Shown here piece after piece: positions 44,200 through 54,823 of a stretch of DNA of 64,000 nt. Where the stretch lies: the IMG/VR virus record IMGVR_UViG_3300029288_000082, positions 32,001 through 96,000 of that record. One strand, written 5' to 3'. Each line of letters begins with the position of its first letter. The first letter of the stretch is position 1. This DNA comes from a virus (Duplodnaviria > Caudoviricetes). The notes beneath the pieces were generated by a model. That model ran no database searches. It worked only from the letters and a program-made list of their open reading frames with translations, and had not been told where the DNA came from. The translations under genes and the position numbers were made by a program.

Positions 44200-47064
44200 C
44201 TACTTCGACAACACCAGCGCACAGGCGTCATCCGCCTTGCTCTCCGCCGCCTTCAACTTCTCACCCATCGTGTTGGCCCCGTAGTCCACCGCCGCCGACG
44301 CCGTCCACACGTCCAGCGCCGACGCCAGCGTGGCAATCGGGGGCGTCACCGGGAGAGCCGCGTCCCAGATATCCAAGCCTCCCAGGTTGAGCGCCACGCC
44401 CGCCGGGTAGAACACCGAAGCGTCGTCCCAGTAGAAGTACCGGTCCGTTCCCGTCGCGTCCGTCTGCCCGCTCAACGTGACCGTGATCTTGCCCGTGGCC
44501 GTCGCAGGCGTGAACGTCACCGAAAGCAACTGCCAAGCCGTCGTCTGCGCCGCCGCCGCGTACACCTCCGTCCCCCCGTCGTACTCCACCGTCAGCCGGG
44601 GCATCTCATGCGTCCCCGCCCAGTACGCAGCGTTGTTCAGCTTGCACCAGATGGCGATCACCATCGTCTTGGTCTGGATATTTCCGGTGGGCACATCGAA
44701 CGCCCACTCGAACGTCTCCCCAGCAGTTGTCGGCTCGAACCGCATCGCGCTGCCCCCCGCCGTGTGCACCGTGGTGTCGGCCAGCGCGGCGTTCGTCCGC
44801 TGCGTCTTGCCCAGCGTGTAGATCCGCCGGTCGTCCGTGGCCGTGTCGTCGTAGTCCGCGAACCCGACGCTGAACCCCTCGACCATGTCGGGCACGTTCC
44901 CCTCCGAGAGCGTGAGCGCCCCGGTGGGCGAGTCGAACGTGTAGGAGGGCATGCACCCGCTGTCGAACCCGATGTCCACCGTGTTGGCCGCCTCCGCGCC
45001 GAACTCGCTGTCCACGTCTACCGCGTTCCGCTGCGTGTTGGGGTAGAACACGACGGCGCAGAGGCAGTTGTCGTAGTGGTTCCGGGCGACCTCGATGGGG
45101 TTGATCAGCTGCCCCACGCCGACCGCCCCGCCCGTGCTCGGACTGTCCACGTTCTCGTCCTGGGCGCTCCCCCAGACGTAGTTATCGGTGAACTGCGACT
45201 CCGTGCCGCAGATGCAGAACGCCCCGTAGGCCGCGGTCGCATGGGCCCGCATGTTGTGGGAGTAGTTGCCGGTAAAGGTCTTCCGCAGCGCACCGTCCGT
45301 CCCGGGGTGGTAGCCGTAGATCGCCGCTTCTACGCTGTCGCGCAGCGTGAAGCGCCCCGAGACGTGCCCCAGCTTGTTGAAGGCGGTGGTGCTATGTGTC
45401 GCGTGCCGGTTCCAGCCGTAGTAGCGCTCCACCAGCAGGCCGTCCGGCGGTACGCGCGGGGTGACCAAAAAGTAGCCGTTCGCCGCGCCCGTGACCCACG
45501 ACACCACGTCCCGGATGAGGTACTGGCTTCGACAGGCGGCGTCCAGCGCGGCCAGATGTGGCTGATACGAGAGGCTCCCAGCTGCCCGGAATACAGCGGT
45601 ATCCACGTCCACCCCCTGCAACTGGTAGTTCGCGGCAGTCCACAGGTTGTTATCGACCGTCGCCACTGCGTTCTTGATCTTCACCCCGCAGCGGTCCAGG
45701 CGGATGACCCAGCCGCCCGCGATCCGGTCGTAGTTCGCCACGTTGCCCGTGAGCGTGATGTCCGCCCCGGCAACGCCCTGGACCGTGTACGACGCGTAGG
45801 AGCCCTGTCCCTGCACGTCCTGCTTGGTCATCACCACGGTGTCGCCGTTGACCCAGTCCACCGCGTCGGCAACGAGCAAATGCGCCTGTCCGACCACCGC
45901 ATCGTTGGTCAGCTGCGTCGCCATGTAGCGCGGGATCTGGCCGTAGGCGAACAGGCTGTTCCGCCCCGCCCAGTCGTAGGCGTTACTCGTGCGCTGCGTA
46001 ATGCTGGGGGCCGCCGTCCCGGCCGCCGCCGCGACGAAGTCCAGGATAGCGCGCTCGGCGTAGGGGATGTTCCCCCAGACCAGCGTGTGCGTGCCGTCGC
46101 CGTCCGAGGTCGTGTCGATGGCTGCGCCGCCCGAGGTCGCCGACACCGTGAACGTGTCCGCCGTGGGCGTGCTCTCCACGTAGTAGTAGACCCCCCGCGT
46201 GTCATCAAGCGGCGCCGGTAGCGTGCCCGTCGTCCGGAACGCGATCAGTTGCCCGACCGCCAGCCCGTGGCCAACCTTCGTCACCACGCCGGGGCTCGCG
46301 TGCGAGATGGTACACGTAGACGTCTCCTCGGACCCGATCCGTATCCCGGTGAGCCCACCCAGCACCAGCTTGCCCTTGACCGTCAGCGTGTACGCCGCCG
46401 CCGGGGGATTCTCCCACTCCAGCAGCGCTACCGTGGCGATCTCCGGGGCCGCCACGTTCGAGCACACGACGCATGCTATACCGTTCACCGCGTCGCCCGT
46501 CCCCAGGACGGCCCCGAACGACGTGGTGGCGTCCACCGTTACCTTGTCCTTGCAAACCAGTACATCGTCGGCGTTCCAGGACAGCGCGTTGTCGCACCAC
46601 GTCGCGTAGAACGGCGCCGTGCCGTTGCTCGTAGCGAGGTTCCACGTGCCCACGCCCGCACCGTGGCTGATCTCGAACCGCCACTTGCCCGCCGCGACGT
46701 CCACCGCGTAGGGTGCGCCGAACACGCACGGCGTGACGTACTCGCCCCTATACTGGTAGGTGCCGCTCGTGCACGTGCCTGCGATGTCGGTTGTGGACAT
46801 CGTGACCGAGGCGCGGTCCGTCCACACCGCCCCCACCAGCTCCTGGAGCTTCACCACGACCTCGCGGTCGGTCATCGAATTGGTCAGCAGGCCGAGCACC
46901 ACGCCCTGGCAGTTGCCCGCGTTGGCGAACGTCACGGCGATGGTCCGCGTGGTCGTCAGCGCGAGGTTAGTTGTGCCGAACCACGACAGGTTGTGGGCTT
47001 CCACCCGGTAGAAACCGTTGACTGTAGATAGGCTGGTCGGTCCGTTGCTGATGATCACGCTCAT
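44200..47064 (-). CDS. Large virion structural/fibre protein
   Basis: 954 aa, beta-rich; HGLAVGQLI...YYYV...TFTVS module. Confidence 0.7.
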   Translation of the reverse strand: MSVIISNGPTSLSTVNGFYRVEAHNLSWFGTTNLALTTTRTIAVTFANAGNCQGVVLGLLTNSMTDREVVVKLQELVGAVWTDRASVTMSTTDIAGTCTSGTYQYRGEYVTPCVFGAPYAVDVAAGKWRFEISHGAGVGTWNLATSNGTAPFYATWCDNALSWNADDVLVCKDKVTVDATTSFGAVLGTGDAVNGIACVVCSNVAAPEIATVALLEWENPPAAAYTLTVKGKLVLGGLTGIRIGSEETSTCTISHASPGVVTKVGHGLAVGQLIAFRTTGTLPAPLDDTRGVYYYVESTPTADTFTVSATSGGAAIDTTSDGDGTHTLVWGNIPYAERAILDFVAAAAGTAAPSITQRTSNAYDWAGRNSLFAYGQIPRYMATQLTNDAVVGQAHLLVADAVDWVNGDTVVMTKQDVQGQGSYASYTVQGVAGADITLTGNVANYDRIAGGWVIRLDRCGVKIKNAVATVDNNLWTAANYQLQGVDVDTAVFRAAGSLSYQPHLAALDAACRSQYLIRDVVSWVTGAANGYFLVTPRVPPDGLLVERYYGWNRHATHSTTAFNKLGHVSGRFTLRDSVEAAIYGYHPGTDGALRKTFTGNYSHNMRAHATAAYGAFCICGTESQFTDNYVWGSAQDENVDSPSTGGAVGVGQLINPIEVARNHYDNCLCAVVFYPNTQRNAVDVDSEFGAEAANTVDIGFDSGCMPSYTFDSPTGALTLSEGNVPDMVEGFSVGFADYDDTATDDRRIYTLGKTQRTNAALADTTVHTAGGSAMRFEPTTAGETFEWAFDVPTGNIQTKTMVIAIWCKLNNAAYWAGTHEMPRLTVEYDGGTEVYAAAAQTTAWQLLSVTFTPATATGKITVTLSGQTDATGTDRYFYWDDASVFYPAGVALNLGGLDIWDAALPVTPPIATLASALDVWTASAAVDYGANTMGEKLKAAESKADDACALVLSK

Positions 47065-47210
47065 GGCTCTTCCTCAACGGGCGCTTCCTGCTCCCGCTCC
47101 AGCGCCGCCAGTTCCAGCAGCTTCACCCGCGCCGCGAACTCGTCCTCAGTCCGGCACCAGATCGTGTACCGCCGCCCGCCGATCTCCACCGTGCGCTCGA
47201 TGTGCGTCAT
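47061..47210 (-). CDS. Small hypothetical protein
   Basis: ATGA overlaps on both sides. Confidence 0.5.
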   Translation of the reverse strand: MTHIERTVEIGGRRYTIWCRTEDEFAARVKLLELAALEREQEAPVEEEP

Positions 47211-47800
47211 GCCACGCTCCAGCTCGTGATGCGGTTGTTCGCGTCCCGCGTGAAGGTCCACACCCGCGTCCCATCGTCGGCCTCGATCAGGTAGTGGGCC
47301 GCGTTGCGCGTCAGCGTCACCGTCCGCCCCGCCGTCACCGCCACCTCCTCGATGTACCCGTCCCCGTCCCGCGTCACCGCCCCTGCGTTCACCGCCACCA
47401 GCTCGCGGGCGAAGACTGCGCCACCCACGGCCAAATCCTGGGCCACCTTGTCGTAGGTCAGGCCCGCGTCTCCCGCCGCGGCTCCACCATCGTTGAAGAC
47501 GATCTGGGTGTCGATGCCCGCCACTGGGCCAGTCGGACCAGTCGCGCCGGTCGGGCCTGTTGGACCGGTAGGACCAATCGGACCTGCTGGTCCTGGAGGG
47601 CCCGTTGGACCTGTTGGACCGGTGGGACCAACAGCAGCTGGGTCGTTGTTGTGGGCCTCGGCGATGGCCCGTGCCAGCTCATCCACCCCAGCCGCGTCAC
47701 GCGCCAGGTTGTAAGCCGGCCCGTACGCCTCGCGGCGGTAGCGCGCGATCAGGCCGGCTAGTCCGGTCCCTCGGACCGCATCACCCTCATCAATCGCCAC
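47207..47800 (-). CDS. Collagen-like repeat fibre protein
   Basis: [24 protein letters not shown] run. Confidence 0.75.
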   Translation of the reverse strand: MAIDEGDAVRGTGLAGLIARYRREAYGPAYNLARDAAGVDELARAIAEAHNNDPAAVGPTGPTGPTGPPGPAGPIGPTGPTGPTGATGPTGPVAGIDTQIVFNDGGAAAGDAGLTYDKVAQDLAVGGAVFARELVAVNAGAVTRDGDGYIEEVAVTAGRTVTLTRNAAHYLIEADDGTRVWTFTRDANNRITSWSVA

Positions 47801-48035
47801 GGGCCTGCTCCTCGTCCACGCGCGCGCGCAGCAGCTTCAGGGCCGCCCCCAGGGCCTCCGGCGGCGCCACCCCCAGGTCACGCGCCAGCGCCAGCACGGC
47901 GTCCCAGGCGTCCCGGGGGAACAGGACCATGACCAGGCCATCGTCTTGCGCCGGATCTGATGTGCGGGCCGCCCGGCCTGATCCCAGCGAACACGTGTGC
48001 GCTTTCCCGTGGACGATCTGTGCGCGCATCGCCAC
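47790..48035 (-). CDS. Small RHH-like protein (true start may be about 47930)
   Basis: [27 protein letters not shown]; palindrome at 47987-48002. Confidence 0.4.
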   Translation of the reverse strand: MAMRAQIVHGKAHTCSLGSGRAARTSDPAQDDGLVMVLFPRDAWDAVLALARDLGVAPPEALGAALKLLRARVDEEQARGD

Positions 48036-48868
48036 TAGGACACTTCTCCAGGATTCACGCCTCTTGGTTTACGACCAGCGCCCGGGGCGGGAACCTTGGA
48101 GCCAGCAGCGCGCCCAGCACTCTCATAGTTGGATGGCTGAACGTACGAGGTGTCCGGCGTGCGCAGCGCATACATGGATGGCGACCCGATGCTCAGCCCG
48201 CGATACAACACCCCCCTATCCTTGGTCTGCACGATCTGCCGGAAGGTCAGCGCCACCGTGGCGTTCCGCGGCACGCCGTTGGGGAACAGCAGGTTGTAGG
48301 TCACGTCGCAGCCCGTCATCACGGCGTAGATCACGTCGCCACCGGTTTCGTTCAACCCCACCCCAGGCACGCACAGGCATGCCACCGGCGGCGGGTACGA
48401 CACCGTGCTGCCATCCGCCACGTCGTAGCCGTAGCTGGGGTAGCAGTAGGCCCGCAGGTAGCGGATCTCCGCATCCACGTCCACGTTGTGGGGCCGCATG
48501 TCCTTCAGGTACTCGTTGCCGGGCGCCGTGAGCCCGAACGGGTCCAGGATCTTCTCGAAGACCGTGCGGTCCTCCACCGGCTTCATGAACCGGTGCAGGC
48601 GCACTTCGAAGCTGATCGTGCGCCCCCCGTTGCTGTTCCACTGCGCCAGCGCGTGCGACGCCCCCGGGATCTCCTTGAAGTTCCACCCCACCTCGATGCT
48701 GTCCTGGATGCTCTCCGGCCAGAACTGGAACGCGCGCTCCGGTAGCAGCACCGCGCTGCCCGCCGGGTCCGTCGGGTCGATGCCCACGATGGACATGGAG
48801 GCGCTCTCCATGCCCTCCGGGCCGTTCATGATGGCCTCGACCAGCTGCCCAATGAACCCGCCAGCCAT
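48035..48868 (-). CDS. Contractile-tail tube-initiator-like protein
   Basis: FQFWPESI..S....W...PG.SH...QW...GGRTISF; PP.....VP; F.NGVPR.ATV.LTF. Confidence 0.65.
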   Translation of the reverse strand: MAGGFIGQLVEAIMNGPEGMESASMSIVGIDPTDPAGSAVLLPERAFQFWPESIQDSIEVGWNFKEIPGASHALAQWNSNGGRTISFEVRLHRFMKPVEDRTVFEKILDPFGLTAPGNEYLKDMRPHNVDVDAEIRYLRAYCYPSYGYDVADGSTVSYPPPVACLCVPGVGLNETGGDVIYAVMTGCDVTYNLLFPNGVPRNATVALTFRQIVQTKDRGVLYRGLSIGSPSMYALRTPDTSYVQPSNYESAGRAAGSKVPAPGAGRKPRGVNPGEVS

Positions 48869-48871
48869 CTC

Positions 48872-49216
48872 CTACTCCCGTCTCTTCCTAGAATGATCCT
48901 CCACTACATCTTCATCGCACGCCAACACGTGCATTGATGCATCCATATCGGTTGCGGTGCTCCCATCTGCGTGCAACCCAAGATCGTGCAAACGCTTGTG
49001 TAGTGTCTGGATAGCCCGATAGCGCGCCAGCAGTCGAGGTGGAACATCAACACATGTCACGCATTGCACAAATAAGTAGACACTGCGGCATGTCGGGCAT
49101 ATTGGAAACTCCACAACGCGACCGCGCACACGCAAGTCGGATAATGGAAACGAGTGATCGTGCCCACACCCAAACACGACACTTGCCGTATCTCTTGTAA
49201 CTCTATATAGGCCCAT
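48872..49216 (-). CDS. Hypothetical protein (lower GC), possible fibre-associated chaperone
   Basis: CGH...CPTC; directly downstream of the fibre gene. Confidence 0.45.
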   Translation of the reverse strand: MGLYRVTRDTASVVFGCGHDHSFPLSDLRVRGRVVEFPICPTCRSVYLFVQCVTCVDVPPRLLARYRAIQTLHKRLHDLGLHADGSTATDMDASMHVLACDEDVVEDHSRKRRE

Positions 49217-49221
49217 AGTTC

Positions 49222-51459
49222 CTAATCCTCCACTGTCAAGTGCCCGTGGCACCACAGAACATCTCCTTGTGTCCATGTCCGAATTTTCGAGACTGCCTGC
49301 ACATGGCATCCCCATTCATCTGGCAATGTAGCCAAAACACTTCCGGTTGACCAATCCGGATTACCCGGAGGATTTTCTGACTCCGAGTCAATGAACACGT
49401 TGATTGTGCTCGGAGTGGTAGCATAGTGAGAATGCCACGTCACACCCTGGCAAGCAGTCTGGACTCCAGGTGCTCCCATGGTAAAAGGAGCTAAAAGAGC
49501 CCACCCGAATTTCACCTCCTCGTATGTGTCCCCATCCACCTCCATGCAAGAGAACGACTCCGGGCCAGCACCACTGGTTTGCCCAATCTTCCACTCAGTC
49601 GTCCAATCATCATCTGCCCACGGCACTGCCGTTTCGTCCAAGTGCTTCTTGCACACGATCATCCCAAACGGATAAATTTTAACCTTGATGGCATCGAACC
49701 CAGCAAGATCCCTGGTCCACAGTCCGCTGACCCCTACACTCGGGTCCCAGGAGCAATTGGAAGCAAAGTACGTTCCGTATTGTGACATATACCGACGAAA
49801 GCGAGGAATGCCAGCGCCGAGTGGCGTTGCCTGTTCGTATAGCCCCATCTCGCTCGCATCCGCCGCCATCGGCTGGATCTGGTGATGAACATCATCGCCT
49901 GTGTCAAGGTTCCATCGCAACGGGGTACCACCAAGAACAGAATAGTTGTTCCCCACGCCAAAGGTCGAATCCCACCCCGTCACGATATCCCACGTGGTCG
50001 GTGACGCCGCGATCTTGCTAGCGCAGATGATCGCCCCGCTGGACGTTCCTCCCCGCAGGAAGAAGGCCAGCGTCGTGAACGCAGCTGCTCCAGTCCCAGC
50101 CCGCACCGTCAAGCCCCCCGCCTCGATGTAGCCGCCGACCAGGATGGCGAGCCCCTGCGTGTTGTGCCAATAGATGGAGCATGTGCCCTTGGTCACGTTG
50201 GCGTCCAGCGTGACATTGTGCGACCGCCACAGCAGCACCCAGTCCGCTGGGGCCGCCGTCGGGTGGATCGTGCGAATGCGATCATTGATGAACCCGAGGA
50301 GCGCCGCCAGCTGGGTCTCCAACACCCCCCCAGCCAGCGCCGACGGCGTCCCCGCCGCTGCGCGCGCCGCTACCTGCACCGCATGCCCCACCACCTCGAT
50401 ATCGCCCACCGGGAACGCCCCCGCTGGCGCGTTGTCCAGCGTGAGCAGCGTCTGCTTCTTGTAGCAGAGCAAGCGCAGCGTCCCCGTGAACGCCACGTCC
50501 ACAGTCGCCGCGAAGCTGATCTCGACCCACGGATCCTCGTAGAACCCCTCCGCGTCCGCGTCGGCCGACGGCGTCAGCAGCGTGATGCCGTCCGTCTGGT
50601 ACACGTCCCCCACGCGTAGCAGCCCCGCATCAGATCCCAGCAGCGGAGCGTTCTGCGTCGCCGTGCTGTGCAGCAGGCGGAAGTGCTTCGCCGCCGTGCC
50701 CACCGCCCCGGTCCCCACGAAGTACAGCCCGCTGAGCTGGAACTGAGTCACGCCTACCAGCCCCGCATAGGTCTCCACCGTGGGCTCTGCGAACGACCGC
50801 ACATCTTCACCGCTGGCTGCCCCAGTTCCCAGGCACCACTTGGACACGCTGTCGAGCAGACCCCAGAACTCGTCGCCTTCCACCAGATCACCTGGCGTCT
50901 GCCGCGCCGTCGGCGATGGCAGCGACCGCCGCTCATACATGCCCGCCAGCGGCCACAACGCGAAGTCCGGGAAGATCGTCGATCCCATGGGCATCGGGAT
51001 CGCGCACAGGATAACCGCGTAGGGATCGTAGTTCAGCTGAGCAATATCGTGAGGGTCCGTGTTCTCCACGCGGTAGTGGGCCGTGGTCGTGTTGTAGGCA
51101 GAGTAGTCCGCCACGATGTAGACGTACCACGTCTCATCGGCGGGCAGCCCCATCGGAGGGAACAGCGCCGCGCAGTCGATCTCCACGTCCATGGTCTCGC
51201 GCACCGACACAGCGAAGCCCCGATCCCGATTGGCGTAGACCGCGAACTGGTCCTCGTCCACGTGGTGGGGGGGCGTGTATGGGTCGATCTGCAACCGCAG
51301 CACGGTGTCCGCCACCAGCCGAGGAAAGACCCAGTATCCGCGGTAAGCCCCGCGCGGGTGCGCCAGCGCGCGCTCGTTGGCGCCATCCGTGACGTACTTC
51401 TCGCGCCACGCCAACTTGATCTTGCCCTCGTCGATCAGCACGGGGATAATTCCAGCCAT
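49222..51459 (-). CDS. Tail fibre / baseplate-attached protein
   Basis: 745 aa following a baseplate gene; C-terminal part lower in GC. Confidence 0.6.
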   Translation of the reverse strand: MAGIIPVLIDEGKIKLAWREKYVTDGANERALAHPRGAYRGYWVFPRLVADTVLRLQIDPYTPPHHVDEDQFAVYANRDRGFAVSVRETMDVEIDCAALFPPMGLPADETWYVYIVADYSAYNTTTAHYRVENTDPHDIAQLNYDPYAVILCAIPMPMGSTIFPDFALWPLAGMYERRSLPSPTARQTPGDLVEGDEFWGLLDSVSKWCLGTGAASGEDVRSFAEPTVETYAGLVGVTQFQLSGLYFVGTGAVGTAAKHFRLLHSTATQNAPLLGSDAGLLRVGDVYQTDGITLLTPSADADAEGFYEDPWVEISFAATVDVAFTGTLRLLCYKKQTLLTLDNAPAGAFPVGDIEVVGHAVQVAARAAAGTPSALAGGVLETQLAALLGFINDRIRTIHPTAAPADWVLLWRSHNVTLDANVTKGTCSIYWHNTQGLAILVGGYIEAGGLTVRAGTGAAAFTTLAFFLRGGTSSGAIICASKIAASPTTWDIVTGWDSTFGVGNNYSVLGGTPLRWNLDTGDDVHHQIQPMAADASEMGLYEQATPLGAGIPRFRRYMSQYGTYFASNCSWDPSVGVSGLWTRDLAGFDAIKVKIYPFGMIVCKKHLDETAVPWADDDWTTEWKIGQTSGAGPESFSCMEVDGDTYEEVKFGWALLAPFTMGAPGVQTACQGVTWHSHYATTPSTINVFIDSESENPPGNPDWSTGSVLATLPDEWGCHVQAVSKIRTWTQGDVLWCHGHLTVED

Positions 51460-51469
51460 GGTTCTGCTC

Positions 51470-53917
51470 CTAGCCTAGCGTACTGCGCGTCACGCGGAAC
51501 GTCCAGCGCACGTCGCCGTAGGTGATAGCCCCAAACCCCTCGGCGCGCACGCGCACCCCGTCCACCTCGTCGTCCACGGAATCCGTGATGTCGCGATCAA
51601 CCCACCCCGCGACTGGATACCACGTCACGGGATCGTTCACCCCGCTCTGCACCGGCAGCGCGCCCGTGTCCACCGTCGGGAAGACGGCCCCGCCCCCGAT
51701 CTGGAGGATGCGCAGCCGATGGCCGTTCCCGGGCGCAGCCAGCTCGCCGCGCTGCTCCATGGTCAGCAGCACGCGCCCAGAGATCCCAAGATCCAGGAAC
51801 TCCCCGCCCGTGAGCACCTTCTCGGAGAGCCGCCCCGCCAGCATGTCCAGCATGGTCAGGTCCCACTCTGTGGTGACCACCCACTCGGCCACGCGCGCAT
51901 GGATGGGCAGCAGCTTGTCCTCGATCTTGGCCTGCAGCCGGGCAATGGCCACCTGCATCTCCGCATCGGTCCCGTAGTGGTCATACGCCTGGGCCTTGGG
52001 CTCGATGAGCACGCGCACGCGGTACGACCGGCAGTAGCAGCAATCCCCCTTGTCCACCTCGGGCCAGTACCGCACCGCCACGTGCGCCCCAGGCCCCGGC
52101 ACCGTCGCGCCCACGCCCGTGCCCACGATGACCGTCCAGCGCCCCACGTCCTGGTCCGGGAATCCCGGCACAGGCGCCGTCACGGTCCACGCCGCATCCT
52201 CGTAGTCGATCCAGTACACCTGATCGTCCAAGGCGGGCGGCGTCACCCCGTGCTCGTAGACCGTCAGGCCGAAGTTGCCCCGGCGGAAGCTGAACGCATC
52301 CGCCTGGCAGCGCATCATCTCCACGGTCACGCGGTAGCCCGCTGCCAGGTTCATCGACGCTGCCTCGGTCGCGGAGAGCGCATCCGCCGCGATGATGATC
52401 GCGGGCGTGCGCGGCAGCGGGTCCACCTCCGACACCTGGCCGTAGTATCCCTGCGTCACGTCCAGCGCGAAGGCCAGCCCCACCGACATGCCGTCGGTCA
52501 TCGCCGCGTCCTCGTACAGGTAGGCCCGGTCCGCCAGCGTCAGCCACGCCGGAGAGGGGAAGAGGATGGGGTCGTGGTCGAACGTGTCGTAGTACTGCTC
52601 GTCGCCACGGATGTCGTCAAACCGCAGCGACCGTGGCTCCAGGTCGGTGTACCACGTGCCCCCGTACTCGAACACGTGCGCCGCGGGCAGCATGGCGGCC
52701 AGGTCCGCGTCGCAGATGTGCCAGAGCCCCTGCACGACCACGTCGAACAGGCTGATCTCTCCACGGATGCGATAGGCGTCCTGCGCCCCCTTGCATCCGA
52801 AGTACTGCCACAAGTGCGCGATGGCCGCCCGCTGCCTATCCTCCGGGTCGTTGCGGTCGTTGTCGAAGCCGTAGTCCTTGGCTAGGTGATCCAGCACCCG
52901 CGGAGGCATGAACTGGAGGTAATACCCCCGCGCCAGCCAGTGCGCGGTCATCGGCACGTCGTAGATCGAGTAGACGCCAAGCAGGCCCAGATCGGGCACC
53001 AGGGTCCCCCCCAGGTAGTCCACGGTCCCCAGCGGATTGACCAGATCAAGAGCAACTGGGTTCATTGGATCCACCGCGCGGTAAAGCGTCCCAGTATCAG
53101 GCGTCGGATCGGGAACGTCGTAGAGCCGCAGCGGGCCTGCATCCGTGAGGATATCGAGCACGATGGCAGCACCCAGAGCGGTGCCCGTGGTGTTCGACCG
53201 CAGCCGCACCAGCGGCCCTGGCAGCGTCACCGGGGGCACTGCCGTCCCGTCCCCACGCCCCACCGGGACGCCAGATCCGAAGACACCAGCGTCCGTGGCC
53301 GCGTTGCCAGTCACAACCCACCCCGCCGGCCGCTGGAATGGCAGCGCCAGCTCGCCCCCCTGCACCCACACCTCGTTCGCCAGCGAGCGCCCCGCCGCGT
53401 AGATGGCCGCCTGATCGAAGCTCCGCGTCCGCACCAGAGCGACCTTGTACTCGGTCGGATCCTCCGCCCCCGTCACATCGTCAACCGCTGGGATCGTAGT
53501 GCGCCACCAGCGCGCCGTGCTGCTGATCGGAGCGTAGGGGTACCATGGGTAGCGGTCAGCAGGCCCGACCGGCGCAGCCAGCGGGTCGCCCGTGTTGGGC
53601 ATCTGGGAAAAGTCCGCCTCCCCGATCAGCCTCGTCACGCTGCCCCACACGTCCGACGCCCAGGCCCGCGCCTCCCCCACGTAGAACCACTCGGACTCCG
53701 TGCTGTCCGCCCGGGCCTCGTAGGGGTCCCGCTGGATCGGCAGCTGCCCGATGGCCCCCAGGAACGCCTCCAGCTCGTCGCCGTAGATGCCCAGGAGCTG
53801 CTCCAGGTAGCCATGCGCGTCCAGCTCCCGCTGCTGGATGGGCACGTTGTCCCAGAGCACCCGGCGGCCCCAGAACCCCTTCCCGAAGAACCCGAACCCT
53901 GGCTCGCTCCAGCTCAA
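51470..53917 (-). CDS. Baseplate wedge protein (P2 gpI / T4 gp7-like)
   Basis: LDHLAKDYGF...QRAAIAHLWQYFGCKG and LLPIHARV motifs. Confidence 0.6.
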   Translation of the reverse strand: MSWSEPGFGFFGKGFWGRRVLWDNVPIQQRELDAHGYLEQLLGIYGDELEAFLGAIGQLPIQRDPYEARADSTESEWFYVGEARAWASDVWGSVTRLIGEADFSQMPNTGDPLAAPVGPADRYPWYPYAPISSTARWWRTTIPAVDDVTGAEDPTEYKVALVRTRSFDQAAIYAAGRSLANEVWVQGGELALPFQRPAGWVVTGNAATDAGVFGSGVPVGRGDGTAVPPVTLPGPLVRLRSNTTGTALGAAIVLDILTDAGPLRLYDVPDPTPDTGTLYRAVDPMNPVALDLVNPLGTVDYLGGTLVPDLGLLGVYSIYDVPMTAHWLARGYYLQFMPPRVLDHLAKDYGFDNDRNDPEDRQRAAIAHLWQYFGCKGAQDAYRIRGEISLFDVVVQGLWHICDADLAAMLPAAHVFEYGGTWYTDLEPRSLRFDDIRGDEQYYDTFDHDPILFPSPAWLTLADRAYLYEDAAMTDGMSVGLAFALDVTQGYYGQVSEVDPLPRTPAIIIAADALSATEAASMNLAAGYRVTVEMMRCQADAFSFRRGNFGLTVYEHGVTPPALDDQVYWIDYEDAAWTVTAPVPGFPDQDVGRWTVIVGTGVGATVPGPGAHVAVRYWPEVDKGDCCYCRSYRVRVLIEPKAQAYDHYGTDAEMQVAIARLQAKIEDKLLPIHARVAEWVVTTEWDLTMLDMLAGRLSEKVLTGGEFLDLGISGRVLLTMEQRGELAAPGNGHRLRILQIGGGAVFPTVDTGALPVQSGVNDPVTWYPVAGWVDRDITDSVDDEVDGVRVRAEGFGAITYGDVRWTFRVTRSTLG

Positions 53918-53932
53918 TAGTCACCTCACACA

Positions 53933-53948
53933 GCGAACACGTGTTCGC
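53933..53948. promoter_or_regulatory. Perfect 16-bp palindrome
   Basis: Between stop 53951 and the next RBS. Confidence 0.8.
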
Positions 53949-53950
53949 TG

Positions 53951-54478
53951 CTACACTCCGCCACGGGTGTTCCCTGACCCAGGCGTCACACTGGCATCCG
54001 ATGATCTCTTCTTCCACAGACAGAAAAACTCGATCTCGCAATCCGTATCCGCGTCCACTGTCACGTGGAACCCAATGGTCGCACTCGCCTCCTTCTTCGG
54101 AGAAGCCAAAACAGGACAAAGGACAGACGCAGGAACCGTCACGTCTATCACGTCATACCCAGCCTTGTCCGCCAACGATGCTGCTACGCCGGTCAGGTCC
54201 GTCTTGGCAAGAATAGACCCCGCCAGCACGCCGCTACAATCCGTGCCAACTGCCGTATCTGTCAGATCCGCCGTACCGCCAAGACCACCGATATCCCATC
54301 CACACCCAGAAACGGTAACAACCTGCGAAGTATTCGTAAACACTCCCCACAACCCAACGATTTCCACAGACCCGACTATATCAAAGCACTCATAAATGAG
54401 CGCCCCGCCGATAGCATCCCCTACCGCAACCGTTTTCGTTGACTTGTAGACAGGATCCGCTTCTGGATAGTACGTCAT
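53951..54478 (-). CDS. Virion structural protein
   Basis: Beta-rich, in the tail operon. Confidence 0.55.
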   Translation of the reverse strand: MTYYPEADPVYKSTKTVAVGDAIGGALIYECFDIVGSVEIVGLWGVFTNTSQVVTVSGCGWDIGGLGGTADLTDTAVGTDCSGVLAGSILAKTDLTGVAASLADKAGYDVIDVTVPASVLCPVLASPKKEASATIGFHVTVDADTDCEIEFFCLWKKRSSDASVTPGSGNTRGGV

Positions 54479-54490
54479 GGCTCTACCTCG

Positions 54491-54823
54491 CTAGATGATG
54501 AATACATCTGACCCGTCGGTCTGCAATGTCACCGACGCTCCGTCCACGTTGATGACCAAATCCAAGGCGGACCCCTCTATCAATTCCCCAGCCTCGGTCG
54601 CTACTGTAATGTTGTTCAACGACGCATTCATCCCGCTGTCCTTAACGGTGATCGTGTTCCCGCCCTTAGCAATCCACGCGGACTTCAGGTTGATCGTCAC
54701 CGGAGCCGTTGCCGTATGGCTAACCAACAGCGTGGCCATGCGGTCATCCGCCAACACGTCATAGGAAACCGCTGCAACATCGTAGTGCTCGTTGCGGATA
54801 TATCGCTGTCCACCTCGCTCCAT
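54491..54823 (-). CDS. Small fibre-module protein
   Basis: TITVKDSGMNASLNNITV...IEG...LVINVDGASVTL resembles the module in 42026..43183. Confidence 0.6.
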   Translation of the reverse strand: MERGGQRYIRNEHYDVAAVSYDVLADDRMATLLVSHTATAPVTINLKSAWIAKGGNTITVKDSGMNASLNNITVATEAGELIEGSALDLVINVDGASVTLQTDGSDVFII

